From assembly GCA_043821645.1 (NCBI GenBank), contig JBDRCO010000029.1, positions 1-54,847 of the forward strand: 54,847 nt of DNA, written 5' to 3'. Below the pieces are notes generated by a model. The model saw only the letters and a list, made by a program, of their open reading frames with translations, did not search any database and had not been told where the DNA came from. Positions within the stretch are counted from its first letter, which is position 1; each line of letters opens with the position of its first letter. Made by a program: the position numbers and the translations under genes. This DNA is from Pseudomonadota bacterium (GTDB taxonomy: Bacteria > Myxococcota > JACRCW01 > JAFGSX01). Positions 9,756 to 18,076 of this stretch are shown here, one piece after another.

Positions 9756-10538
9756 ATGGGCTCCTTCTTTCAGGATCGCCACGTCGTCGTCACCGGCGCC
9801 GGTTCGGGCATTGGCCGCGCCCTGGTGCAGGCCCTGAGCGCCCACGGAGCCCGCGTCGCCGCCCTCGACCTCAAGGCCGCGTCCCTGCAACCCCTGGCCC
9901 TGCTCCCGGGCGTGCTCCCGTTCACCGCCGACGTCGCCGATGGCCCGCGCATGGCCGAGGTGGCCAGGCAGGTGCACGCCGAGTTCGGGCGCGTGGACCT
10001 GGTCGTCGCCAACGCCGGTGTCGGCGGACTCAACCCGGGCTACGCCTTCTCGACGGAGATTCACCAGCGCACCGTCGACATCAACGTGATGGGACTGGTG
10101 CACAGCCTGGCGCCCTACATCCCCAAAATGGTCGAGCGCGGCGGCGGTCACCTGGTGGGCATCTCGTCGCTGGCCTCGTTTCGCGGCCTGCCCGGCGCGG
10201 GCTCCTACAGCTCGACCAAGGCCGCCCAGCGCATCCTGCTCGAGTCGCTACGCGTCGACCTCAAGCCGCGCGGCGTGGCCGTGAGCTGCATCTGCCCGGG
10301 CTTCGTCAAGACCGCCATGACCGAGCACGACGAGTTCCCGCTGCCATTCATGGTGCCCGTGGACAGGGCCGCGCAGCTCATCCTGCGCGCGATCCAACAC
10401 CGCCGGTCGCTGTACCTGTTCCCCTGGCCCATGCGCCTGCTCACCCTGTTCAACAGGCTGCTCCCCGACGCGCTCTTTGACTGGCTGCTGCCGCGCCTGA
10501 GCCGGGCCGACGGGACCAAGCAGGCGCGCATTTTCTAG
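9756..10538 (+). CDS. Short-chain dehydrogenase/reductase
   Basis: TGAGSGIG Rossmann motif, ANAG, S...YSSTK catalytic motif, CPGFVKT. AGGAGG RBS before ATG 9756. Confidence 0.93.
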   Translation: MGSFFQDRHVVVTGAGSGIGRALVQALSAHGARVAALDLKAASLQPLALLPGVLPFTADVADGPRMAEVARQVHAEFGRVDLVVANAGVGGLNPGYAFSTEIHQRTVDINVMGLVHSLAPYIPKMVERGGGHLVGISSLASFRGLPGAGSYSSTKAAQRILLESLRVDLKPRGVAVSCICPGFVKTAMTEHDEFPLPFMVPVDRAAQLILRAIQHRRSLYLFPWPMRLLTLFNRLLPDALFDWLLPRLSRADGTKQARIF

Positions 10539-10565
10539 GACTTCTGAAGCGTCCGGGGCAGCCGT

Positions 10566-10645
10566 GGTGTGGGGCTCCCGCGACGGGGCAAGCCTTCTTG
10601 TCCTCGCAAGCTGCGAAAAAAAGTCTTGCCCCTGCGCCCCACACC
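10566..10645. repeat. ~80 bp palindromic intergenic element, family B copy 1
   Basis: Nested inverted repeats GGTGTGGGGC/GCCCCACACC, GGGGCAAG/CTTGCCCC and TCGCA/TGCGA. Aligns by eye with the reverse complement of 14422-14495. Confidence 0.7.
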
Positions 10646-10685
10646 GTTCGATCTGTTCTGCCGAAACAGCGTCGCACGAGGGGTC

Positions 10686-11174
10686 ATGGAACACATCGCA
10701 GGCCTGGGCTTTCGCTGCTGCATGTACGTGCTGTTCGGGCTCACCCTCGAGGTGATCTTCGCCATGCACGGCATCGAGCGGATGCTGGGCTACACGCTGC
10801 AGCGGCGCGTGCCCTTCAGGTACCTCGAGGGCTTCACCACCGCCTACATGATCCCCCTGCACGGCCTGGGCATCCTGTTCGGCTTCGAGCTGGTACACGC
10901 GCTCATCCGCGACTGGTTCATCGGTCTGCGCTTCGTGGTGTGGGCCGTGCTCATCAGCGCCTGCGAGGCGCTGTACGGCTTGCTCCTCGACAAGCTGCTG
11001 GGCTTCTACCCCTGGGACTACTACGCGCAGTCGCGCTTCAAGGTCTTCGAGCGCGGCTACACCCTGTGGACCCTGATCCCGATGTGGGGCCTGGCCGGGC
11101 TCATGCTCGAGGTTTTTTCGGACCTGATGATCCACCTGACGCCGAAGGCGGTGGCGTTCTTGCTGGGAGCCTGA
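10686..11174 (+). CDS. Small membrane protein, putative ABC-transporter permease type (CmpB/DUF1113-like)
   Basis: Four hydrophobic segments; E..YG.LL....G..PWDY and WGLAG motifs; GAGG RBS. Confidence 0.65.
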   Translation: MEHIAGLGFRCCMYVLFGLTLEVIFAMHGIERMLGYTLQRRVPFRYLEGFTTAYMIPLHGLGILFGFELVHALIRDWFIGLRFVVWAVLISACEALYGLLLDKLLGFYPWDYYAQSRFKVFERGYTLWTLIPMWGLAGLMLEVFSDLMIHLTPKAVAFLLGA

Positions 11175-11224
11175 ATCGAGGATGCGAAATGCGGTGCGGG
11201 TGGCCGAACCAGATGGTCTCACCA

Positions 11225-11304
11225 GGAGGGGACTGGCACTGACCATTACATTTATTTTGCTAATATTTACATAACATTAAATACATATCTGTAAGGACAA
11301 AATG
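11225..11304. repeat. Inverted-repeat element family A, copy 1 (truncated: left arm plus AT-rich spacer; right arm lost after AAAATG)
   Basis: GGAGGGGACTGGCACTgACcATTACATTT at 11225-11253 differs from the consensus arm at 2 positions. The element ends with TCTG-N7-AAAATG, as copies 2 and 3 do before their right arms. Confidence 0.75.
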
Positions 11305-11406
11305 GGACCTCTATCCACACCGGGCGCGCCCGCCATCCATGTCGAGATGAAGGGGGCGGCTGGGCCACGGGCCCCGCGCCCGTCGGTCGACCTGACCGAG
11401 ATCGGC

Positions 11407-13830
11407 CTAGAAGTTCATTCCCAGGTTCAGCACGCCACGCAGCATGGACAGGGGCACGCCAGCGGCGGCCTGATAGCTCGGTCCGTTCGACACACCCGCG
11501 GCCTGATACCATTCCAGGCTGGCCTCGAGGCGGGGACGCAGCAGCGGATGCAGGGCGAACTCGACGCCGAGCGTGGTGAACAGGTAGGGATCCAGGGCCA
11601 TGGCGTCGTCGCGTGCCACGCTCAGCGCCTGCCCCGGGTAGCGCTGGTGGCTGATCTGCCAGGCCCCCGCACCCAGGTCGAGGTCGACCCGCAGCGCGTC
11701 GGCAGGGCGCAGCACCACACCCAGGGCCAGGTGGTTGCGCACCAGCTCCTGGTAGAGAATGTTGGGCGCATAGGCGCGCTCCAGCGAGCCGTGCAGGGTC
11801 ATCCATTCGAGCTCCAGAAGGCGCATCCGGAGCTGCAGCATCGGGGTGCCCGGCACGTCGGGAAAGTCCTCGAGGTTGGGCACCTGCCAGCCCACGAAGA
11901 GCACATCCTCATTGCCCGGTTTGTCCGTCCTGGGCTGAAAACCCACGCCCACGTGCGCCAGCACACTGCGGTGTCGCGGTGCCGAGAAGGAGGCGTAGCC
12001 CAGACCTGCCGCGGCGAACAGGTTCATCAAGCCGGGCAACACCTTGATGTAGGCATCGGCGACCAGACCGCCCAGCGAGCCCTCGGGCAGCCCCGCCCGG
12101 GTCAGCGCGTCGGGGGCCGCAGTGTCGACGAGCTGGCCCAGCTCCGCCGACGAGTCCACCACGTTGTGCTGGGTGTAGCGCCCCAGCCATAACGAGCCGC
12201 CGGCCTCGGCGCCCATCTCGTCAAGGAAGATCAGGAAGGCAGCCTGCAGCAGGTTGCTCTGGCGAGCGATGGTTTCGCCATACAGCCCCGCGCCCATGGG
12301 GATGGGAGCGCCCTGCAAGGACACGAAACGCCCGGGCTCCAAGCCGACCTCGGCGCGGTCGCGGAGCAACAGCCACCAGATGTCCTCGCCGTAGATCAGC
12401 TCGCCGTCGACGAAGCTGTCCAGCAGCAGCGGGTTCAGGGTCGCCTCCCGGCTGACGCCTGCGGCATCGTCCGGTCCGAACAGGGCCCGATAGTCGAGCT
12501 GCGCCTGGAGCTGAAACTGCCACTCGCTGTCGAGCACCTGCATCGCGACGCCAGGGACCAGCTGCGCCACGGCGTGCGGCTTCAGATACAGGTCGCTGCT
12601 GCCGTCGTTGCGCAGACCGCCGGCGTTGATGCGGTAGGGGTTGCTGTCCACACCCGCCATCGCCTGGAGCGAGAAGCGCGCGGGGCCCAGCTCCAGCGCC
12701 TCGGGCAGGCCAAGCTCAAGGCCGTCGTCGGTGTCGCTGTCCGTCGTGGACGACGATTCGACCTCGGCATCGGCGCCGGATTCACCCCCGACTTCGTCCT
12801 CGACCTCGGTTGTGGAGCCCTCGTCGGTCCGGTCCGGGCCGTCCTCGTCCGGGCTTGCCTCTGTCCGCGCCGGCGCTGCCGGTTGTGCGGCGCCCGCGGC
12901 AGTGGCGGGATCCCGATCCAGCACCAGCCTGTCCTTGTAGTCGCCACAGCTATCGCCGAACCACCTGGCGACCTTGACCTCGAGGTGATGGTCGGCGCCC
13001 TGGGGCTCGGCCAGGCAGAAGGCCACCTGCTCGGTCGAGCCCAGCACCGCCGAGACGACCAGCACATCGCCCAGCAGCTGCAGTTCGCCCACCGGAAAAC
13101 CTGTACTGGCGTCGAGCTTGCCCGAGGCCGAGCCGTCTTCGTCCACCACCAGGTGGGCGTCGTAGCTCACCGGTCCCCAGAAGCCCTTGCCCGTCCACAC
13201 GCCCTGCAACTTGCGGATGTCTGCCGCGGGAAGGGGGGCGCCGATGCGCAGTGGCTCGACCCCGGCGATCCCCTGGGGCTGGGGCCCGCAGCCCAGCCCG
13301 CCGAGGCAGGGTTGCAGCTCGAAGCTGGAATCCACGGGCTCGGCCGGGGGCAGAGCCCTGTCGTACCCGGAGCCGTGCGGCGCCTTCTTCTTGACCAGCC
13401 ACTCGACGGCCTCGGTCTTGTCCGCTTTGTCGGCGAGATCCAGCGCGGTGAAGCCCTCGTTGTTCTCGATGTCGAGGGGGGTATTGGGCATCAGCAGCAG
13501 CAGCGATCCGATGTGGCCTCCCTGGGCAGCGAGGTGCAACGGGGTGTTGCCCGCACGATCCTGGCGCCTGGCGTCGGCACCGCGCAGCAGCAACAGCTCC
13601 ACGATGTGAGTCTGGGCCACGGCGGAGTGCAGGGGTGTGGCGCCGCTCGCGGTGGTGGCGTGGATGTCAAAGCCGTCGTCGAGCATGCTGGCCACGACGT
13701 TCTCGTCGCCGATGATCACGGCCAGGTGAAGCAGCTCGGTCTTTTCTGCCTCGGTGTAGGCCTGCGCCTGGCCAGAAGTCAGCACGGCGCTCCCGCAGAG
13801 AATGAGCAGGGCAACTCGCGCACGCAGCAT
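11407..13830 (-). CDS. Secreted ankyrin-repeat protein fused to a probable outer-membrane beta-barrel
   Basis: Signal peptide (AQA), ankyrin repeats (GATPLHSA, GNTPLHLAA, GFTALDLA), acidic linker, then GVDSNPY and alternating beta-strands ending in C-terminal F. GGAG RBS before ATG 13830. Confidence 0.75.
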   Translation of the reverse strand: MLRARVALLILCGSAVLTSGQAQAYTEAEKTELLHLAVIIGDENVVASMLDDGFDIHATTASGATPLHSAVAQTHIVELLLLRGADARRQDRAGNTPLHLAAQGGHIGSLLLLMPNTPLDIENNEGFTALDLADKADKTEAVEWLVKKKAPHGSGYDRALPPAEPVDSSFELQPCLGGLGCGPQPQGIAGVEPLRIGAPLPAADIRKLQGVWTGKGFWGPVSYDAHLVVDEDGSASGKLDASTGFPVGELQLLGDVLVVSAVLGSTEQVAFCLAEPQGADHHLEVKVARWFGDSCGDYKDRLVLDRDPATAAGAAQPAAPARTEASPDEDGPDRTDEGSTTEVEDEVGGESGADAEVESSSTTDSDTDDGLELGLPEALELGPARFSLQAMAGVDSNPYRINAGGLRNDGSSDLYLKPHAVAQLVPGVAMQVLDSEWQFQLQAQLDYRALFGPDDAAGVSREATLNPLLLDSFVDGELIYGEDIWWLLLRDRAEVGLEPGRFVSLQGAPIPMGAGLYGETIARQSNLLQAAFLIFLDEMGAEAGGSLWLGRYTQHNVVDSSAELGQLVDTAAPDALTRAGLPEGSLGGLVADAYIKVLPGLMNLFAAAGLGYASFSAPRHRSVLAHVGVGFQPRTDKPGNEDVLFVGWQVPNLEDFPDVPGTPMLQLRMRLLELEWMTLHGSLERAYAPNILYQELVRNHLALGVVLRPADALRVDLDLGAGAWQISHQRYPGQALSVARDDAMALDPYLFTTLGVEFALHPLLRPRLEASLEWYQAAGVSNGPSYQAAAGVPLSMLRGVLNLGMNF

Positions 13831-13960
13831 CTCCGACTCCTCCGACGGCAGCAGTGTGGCCGTCACGCCAGGTGGATGAGGTGAGTGGTGCGCGCATTAT
13901 TTCACACACCGGGGGTGCGGGGCACCGCCGAGTGCCGCGACGTGTGGCGTCGCCCTGGCC

Positions 13961-14182
13961 TTACTCGCAGCGCTCCAGCCGCAGCCACTGGGCGCGCGTA
14001 CTGGCGTCGAGGGCGACGTAGAAGTCCCACTTCAGGTCGGCGCCTCGTCGACAGGAGCCCTGCTGCAGGCCACTGATGGCGTCGACCAGCCTGTAGGACA
14101 GGTCGTCGCGCAGGGACATGGCCGCGGCCAGGTCGGGCGGGAGGCAGTAGCTCTGCGCCACCGCCACCGGCCACAGGTTGTG
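13961..14182 (-). pseudogene. Orphan 3' fragment (last 73 codons plus stop) of an alpha-amylase homologous to 24240-26315
   Basis: Ungapped manual alignment to 24240-24461: about 173/222 nt and 57/73 aa identical. Similarity stops at the left end of repeat A copy 2. Confidence 0.9.
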
Positions 14183-14199
14183 GGGAGGGGTCTTGTGGG

Positions 14200-14339
14200 G
14201 AGGGGTCTGGCACTTACAATTACATTTATATTCTGCACGATTTCTTTTAGTTATGACGATTAGATCATCCCATTTCGATACCGCAAACAGACGCGAAGTC
14301 TGCCACAAGAAAATGTAATTGTAAGTGCCAGTCCCCCTC
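14200..14339. repeat. Inverted-repeat element family A, copy 2 (REPIN/MITE-like, 140 bp)
   Basis: Left arm GAGGGGTCTGGCACTTACAATTACATTT (14200-14227), right arm AAATGTAATTGTAAGTGCCAGTCCCCCTC (14311-14339), AT-rich 83 bp spacer. Confidence 0.92.
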
Positions 14340-14421
14340 GCGCACCTTCGCGATTCTCCATCGCCTCATCCCCGGATAGGGTTGCAGCAGAGCACTACCG
14401 AATCGCTTTGATGGAGCTTGA

Positions 14422-14495
14422 TGTGGGGGCCCAGGAAAGGCTTTTTCCAAGCTCGCGAGGACAAAAAGACTCGCCGGTGAAGGCGTGGCCCCACA
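14422..14495. repeat. ~75 bp palindromic intergenic element, family B copy 2 (inverted relative to 10566-10645)
   Basis: TGTGGGG...CCCCACA ends. The reverse-complement core CTTTTTGTCCTCGCGAGCTTGGAAAAAG matches CTTCTTGTCCTCGCAAGCTGCGAAAAAAAG at ~10594. Confidence 0.7.
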
Positions 14496-14793
14496 ACAGG
14501 GTCGAATCTTAGCGATTTCGTATGACAGGCCTGGTTGAAACCACAAGGCAACTCGCCTGCACTCCGAATTTCCCGTGGCGCCAAGATGTTCGGCCCTGCT
14601 CAGGGGTCCCCGGCCACAGGGCGGAACTGCGCGATCGCTGCCGCGCGTTGAAGATGCACCCCGCAGACCGTCGCGGGGATTTCAACGAGCGGGGGACCAT
14701 CGTCACGCGAATCACGCAACGGCCAGAGTGGCGCAGCCGACACTGCGCGATGGCTCACGCCCGAGGGACTCTCGACGGGGAGCTGGAGGTTTT

Positions 14794-15135
14794 ATGAAGA
14801 TCCAGGGGTCCGGTTCTGCGTTGCATCTTCCACGGGAAGTGGGAGATGCGTCCCAGGTCCAGGGCCTGCCCACCGGCACCCAGCCGCAGCAGACTCCCAT
14901 CACACCCGAGAACTACCTGGACAAGTTCGAGGGTGTCAAGGCTGGCCAGGCCGGCTCGCTGGCCCCGTCAGTACAGCTGCCCGAGCTCAGCTTCGACAAG
15001 CTCAGCGACCTGAAGAACGAGGTGCAGCAAAAGCTGCAGGAGACCCACCGCGGCAAGCGCGGCGGCGGCAAGAAGGGCGTGGCCGACGACGACGAGGATG
15101 CCGACGGCGACGGGATCCCCGACAATCAGCAGTAA
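14794..15135 (+). CDS. Small hypothetical protein (113 aa) with acidic C-terminal DADGDGIPD motif
   Basis: GGAGG RBS followed by ATG at 14794 and strong GC3 codon bias. DxDxDG-type Ca-binding-like tail. Confidence 0.75.
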   Translation: MKIQGSGSALHLPREVGDASQVQGLPTGTQPQQTPITPENYLDKFEGVKAGQAGSLAPSVQLPELSFDKLSDLKNEVQQKLQETHRGKRGGGKKGVADDDEDADGDGIPDNQQ

Positions 15136-15310
15136 CGCGCGCGCGATGATCTGACATGCGACGCCTCGCTTGGGGGCCGAACCAGCTCCCTGCGCGCTCG
15201 CCTACACGGCCGGGCCCACGGTGGCCCCCGATAGCCTCAAAAATCAGTGACTGTCCCCGGGCCCGGAGGCCGTGTTTCTCGGGCTGTGGCGGTCCGTGCA
15301 CGGGCGGGCC

Positions 15311-15355
15311 TTGACGTGGACCAGGCTGTCGTGTATATGTTGAATTAATATTCAA
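15311..15355 (+). promoter_or_regulatory. Putative sigma70 promoter and TetR operator
   Basis: TTGACG-N17-TATATG (15311-15339), followed by the palindrome TTGAAT-N4-ATTCAA (15340-15355) 13 bp before the TetR start codon. Confidence 0.65.
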
Positions 15356-15368
15356 TGATATATCGACC

Positions 15369-16004
15369 ATGCCGAGAAAACAGAGTACCAACGAGCAGAT
15401 GCGGGATCAGCGGCGTGCTCAGATCCTGAGCGCCTCGCTGCAGCTCTTTGCCAGCCGCGGCCTGGCGGCGACGCGCATCTGCGATATCGCCGAGGCGGTG
15501 CCCATGGCCCAGGGCCTGGTCTACCACTACTTCTCCTGCAAGGAGGAGATCTTCACGGCGCTGATCCGCCACGCCTTCGAGCGCCTGAATGCCGCCTGCC
15601 AGGAACTCGAGGCGCTGCAGGCGCCGGCGCGGGACAAGGTCGACATGGCCCTGCGTGCCCTGCTGCAAGGCTTTGCCGAGGGCGAGGATGCGGCGCGCGC
15701 ACACATGCTCATCGCCCAGGCCACAGCCTCCACGGCGATCCCCGACGAGGCGCGGGCCATCCTCGCTCGCGACAGTGCGCTGCCCTACGAGGTGATGGCC
15801 AGGATCCTGGCCCAGGGTCAGCGCGAGGGCACGATTCGCGAGGCGGACGTGCAGCAACTGGCCCTGGTGTTCTGGACCACGATCAAGGGGTTGGCCATGC
15901 ACAGGGCAGCCCATGGCCAGGCGGCGGTGATGCCGGAGGCCGAGATCCTGATGGCGCTGTTCGACGCGCCGTTGTCGACCCAGGGCGCGGCCCGGGGAGC
16001 GTGA
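15369..16004 (+). CDS. TetR/AcrR family transcriptional regulator
   Basis: N-terminal HTH: IL.ASLQLFASRGLAATRICDIAEAV.MAQGLVYHYF.CKEEIF. Confidence 0.93.
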   Translation: MPRKQSTNEQMRDQRRAQILSASLQLFASRGLAATRICDIAEAVPMAQGLVYHYFSCKEEIFTALIRHAFERLNAACQELEALQAPARDKVDMALRALLQGFAEGEDAARAHMLIAQATASTAIPDEARAILARDSALPYEVMARILAQGQREGTIREADVQQLALVFWTTIKGLAMHRAAHGQAAVMPEAEILMALFDAPLSTQGAARGA

Positions 16005-16972
16005 TCATGCCTAGCCTGCGCAGCCGACTGTTTGTCTTCGCACTCAGGTTCCGCCTGTGGTTGAAGAGCCGCCGCGGTGGCCCCGAGGTCATCACCGAGG
16101 ACACCTCCATCGCCGAGCTGCGGGCGCGGGTCGAGAAGAGCGCCGGCATGTTTGGGAAGCTGGCGCCGGGTTTCACGATCGAGCCGGTGGACATCGAGGG
16201 TCTGAACGCGGAGTGGCTGCGTCCGCCCGCAGCCGCTGGCGACAAGGCCCTGCTGTACTTTCACGGCGGCGGTCTGGTAGTGGGCTCGGCGCGCTCGCAC
16301 CGCAACATCGTGCAGAAGTTCGCGGGGGCCTGCGGCGTGCCGGCGCTGGTGTTCGACTACGGTCTGGCGCCGGAGCAGCCCTTTCCGCGGGCACTGGAGG
16401 ATTCGCTGCGCGCCTACCGCCACCTGCTCGACGGCGGTCTTGCACCTCAGGACATCGTGTTCATGGGCGACTCGGGCGGTGGAAACCTGTGCTTGAGCAT
16501 CCTGCTCGCCTGCCAGCGCGACGGCCTGCCTCTACCCGCGGCCGTGGTCGCCCTGTCGCCGTGGACGGACCTGACCAACAGCGGCGCCAGCTACCAGGAG
16601 AACCTCGAGCGCGACCACCTGACCTGGCGCAACTCGGCTGCAGTGTTCGCGCGCTACTACGCCGGCGAGCACGCCCTGGACGATCCCCTGGTGTCGCCAC
16701 TGCATGGCGACCTGCGCGGTCTGCCGCCACTGCTGCTGTTCGCGGGCTCGGACGAGCTGATGCGAGACGACAGCGTGCGCTTCGCTGACAAGGCCAGGGC
16801 CGCGGGCGTCGACGTCACCTTGCATCTGGGCGAGGGCCTGTTTCACTGCTACCCGGCCTGCGCCGGGCTGTTTCCCGAGGCCACGCAGGCGCTGCAGGTC
16901 ATCGCGCGCTTCGTGCAAGGCTACTTGGGTCTTGAGTCGGCGTCCGAACCACGGAAGCGCAGCGCAGCCTGA
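16001..16972 (+). CDS. Alpha/beta hydrolase, HSL-type esterase/lipase
   Basis: HGGG oxyanion motif, GDSGG nucleophile motif, D and H (LFHC). GTGA overlap with the TetR gene. Confidence 0.92.
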   Translation: MIMPSLRSRLFVFALRFRLWLKSRRGGPEVITEDTSIAELRARVEKSAGMFGKLAPGFTIEPVDIEGLNAEWLRPPAAAGDKALLYFHGGGLVVGSARSHRNIVQKFAGACGVPALVFDYGLAPEQPFPRALEDSLRAYRHLLDGGLAPQDIVFMGDSGGGNLCLSILLACQRDGLPLPAAVVALSPWTDLTNSGASYQENLERDHLTWRNSAAVFARYYAGEHALDDPLVSPLHGDLRGLPPLLLFAGSDELMRDDSVRFADKARAAGVDVTLHLGEGLFHCYPACAGLFPEATQALQVIARFVQGYLGLESASEPRKRSAA

Positions 16973-17027
16973 GCCCACGCAGCGGCGGAACGCGCATCAC
17001 CGGTGGCCCCTTCCGGGTGGTCGGCCC

Positions 17028-17169
17028 GGAGGGGTCTGGCACTTACTATTACATTTTATTATTTAACTATTACGAACCATTAAGACGTATTTCTATTATC
17101 CATCGCGCGCTTCTGGGCAGGCGATAAATCTGCTTCCAGAAAATGTAATTGTAAGTGCCAGTCCCCTCC
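17028..17169. repeat. Inverted-repeat element family A, copy 3 (142 bp)
   Basis: 30 bp arms at 17028-17057 and 17140-17169 with 2 mismatches; AT-rich 82 bp spacer. Confidence 0.92.
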
Positions 17170-17268
17170 TGTTGCTCCTGTTGTCTCTCCTCTCCCCCCT
17201 CGATCTGTCTGCGTCCTGCAAGCACTTTTCCTTGGCGAAGAGGAGTAGGGAGTCTGCCTGGGTTAGTT

Positions 17269-17312
17269 TTATCCGGATAATATTGACATTATAATCTACC
17301 CGGGTATATTAT
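17269..17312 (+). promoter_or_regulatory. Putative sigma70 promoter with two related palindromic operators upstream of the DUF2239 gene
   Basis: TTATCCGGATAA (17269-17280) and TACCCGGGTA (17297-17306) sit either side of TTGACA (17283-17288); TATTAT at 17307-17312. Confidence 0.65.
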
Positions 17313-17339
17313 AGAAGACCCTCAAAGGTGGAGTCAATC

Positions 17340-17960
17340 ATGCTGGATACATTAGTAACAACAGGTTGTTACGCACTATTTTGCGGGACTGAACGGATCT
17401 GCACTGGGGCCATCGGTGAGGTGGTACGCGCGGCAAAAAATTGCGTGGATAGCGGGACGACGGAGCGCGTCGCCCTGTTCGACGACAGCTCGGGCCGTGC
17501 TCTCGATATCGACTATCGCGGCACCGTCGACGAGGTGCTCGCGCGCCTGCGCGACCACCCCATGTTGCCGCAGGCCGAGCGTGAAGCGCTGGCACCGAGG
17601 GGACCTGGACGGCCCCGCCTCGGCGTGGTGGCGCGCGAGGTCACCTTGCTGCCGCGGCACTGGGACTGGCTCGGCGAACAACCCGGAGGAGCCTCGGTGG
17701 CGCTGCGCAAGCTGGTTGACATCGCCAGGCGCGAGCACGCCGCGCGCGACCTGGCGCGCAGGGCGCAGGAGGCCACGCATCGTTTCATGTGGGACATGGC
17801 AGGCAACCTGCCCCGCTTCGAGGAGGTCTCGCGCGCGTTCTATGCCCGGGATTATGCCCGCCTCGACGAGCTGCTTGCACAGTGGCCCCTGGGCATCGCC
17901 GAGCACACGCGTCACCTGGTCAAGCAACAGCGCGACCTCGAGAAGCTGGCCGCGGGCTGA
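17340..17960 (+). CDS. DUF2239 family protein
   Basis: Family-typical FDD.SGR.LDID.RG, GRPRLGVVAREVTLLPRHWDWL.EQPGGASVALRKLV and AGNLP.FEE motifs; GGAG RBS. Confidence 0.88.
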   Translation: MLDTLVTTGCYALFCGTERICTGAIGEVVRAAKNCVDSGTTERVALFDDSSGRALDIDYRGTVDEVLARLRDHPMLPQAEREALAPRGPGRPRLGVVAREVTLLPRHWDWLGEQPGGASVALRKLVDIARREHAARDLARRAQEATHRFMWDMAGNLPRFEEVSRAFYARDYARLDELLAQWPLGIAEHTRHLVKQQRDLEKLAAG

Positions 17961-18076
17961 GTTCTCGTCAGACCGCGTGGAACAGGTGCGCAGACCTCTG
18001 GCGAGGCTGAGCGCTCGAGGGAGCCCGTCGTGGATCCTCGACCGGCGGAGCTGCCATCTGACGGCGCTGGCGCGAG

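Noticed and set aside
11262-11298. dif/pdif (XerCD) site suggested by ATTTACATAA
   Set aside because: Only a XerD-like half-site is present; no XerC arm at the 6 bp spacing, and it is not repeated in the other elements.
14281-14305. GCAAAC plus hairpin as a c-di-GMP-I riboswitch
   Set aside because: It lacks the GAAA tetraloop, the GACGCAAAGC segment and the second stem.
13961-14308. 115 aa ORF reading from element 2 into the amylase fragment
   Set aside because: Its N-terminal part is translated repeat sequence with no RBS; treated as a pseudogene fragment.
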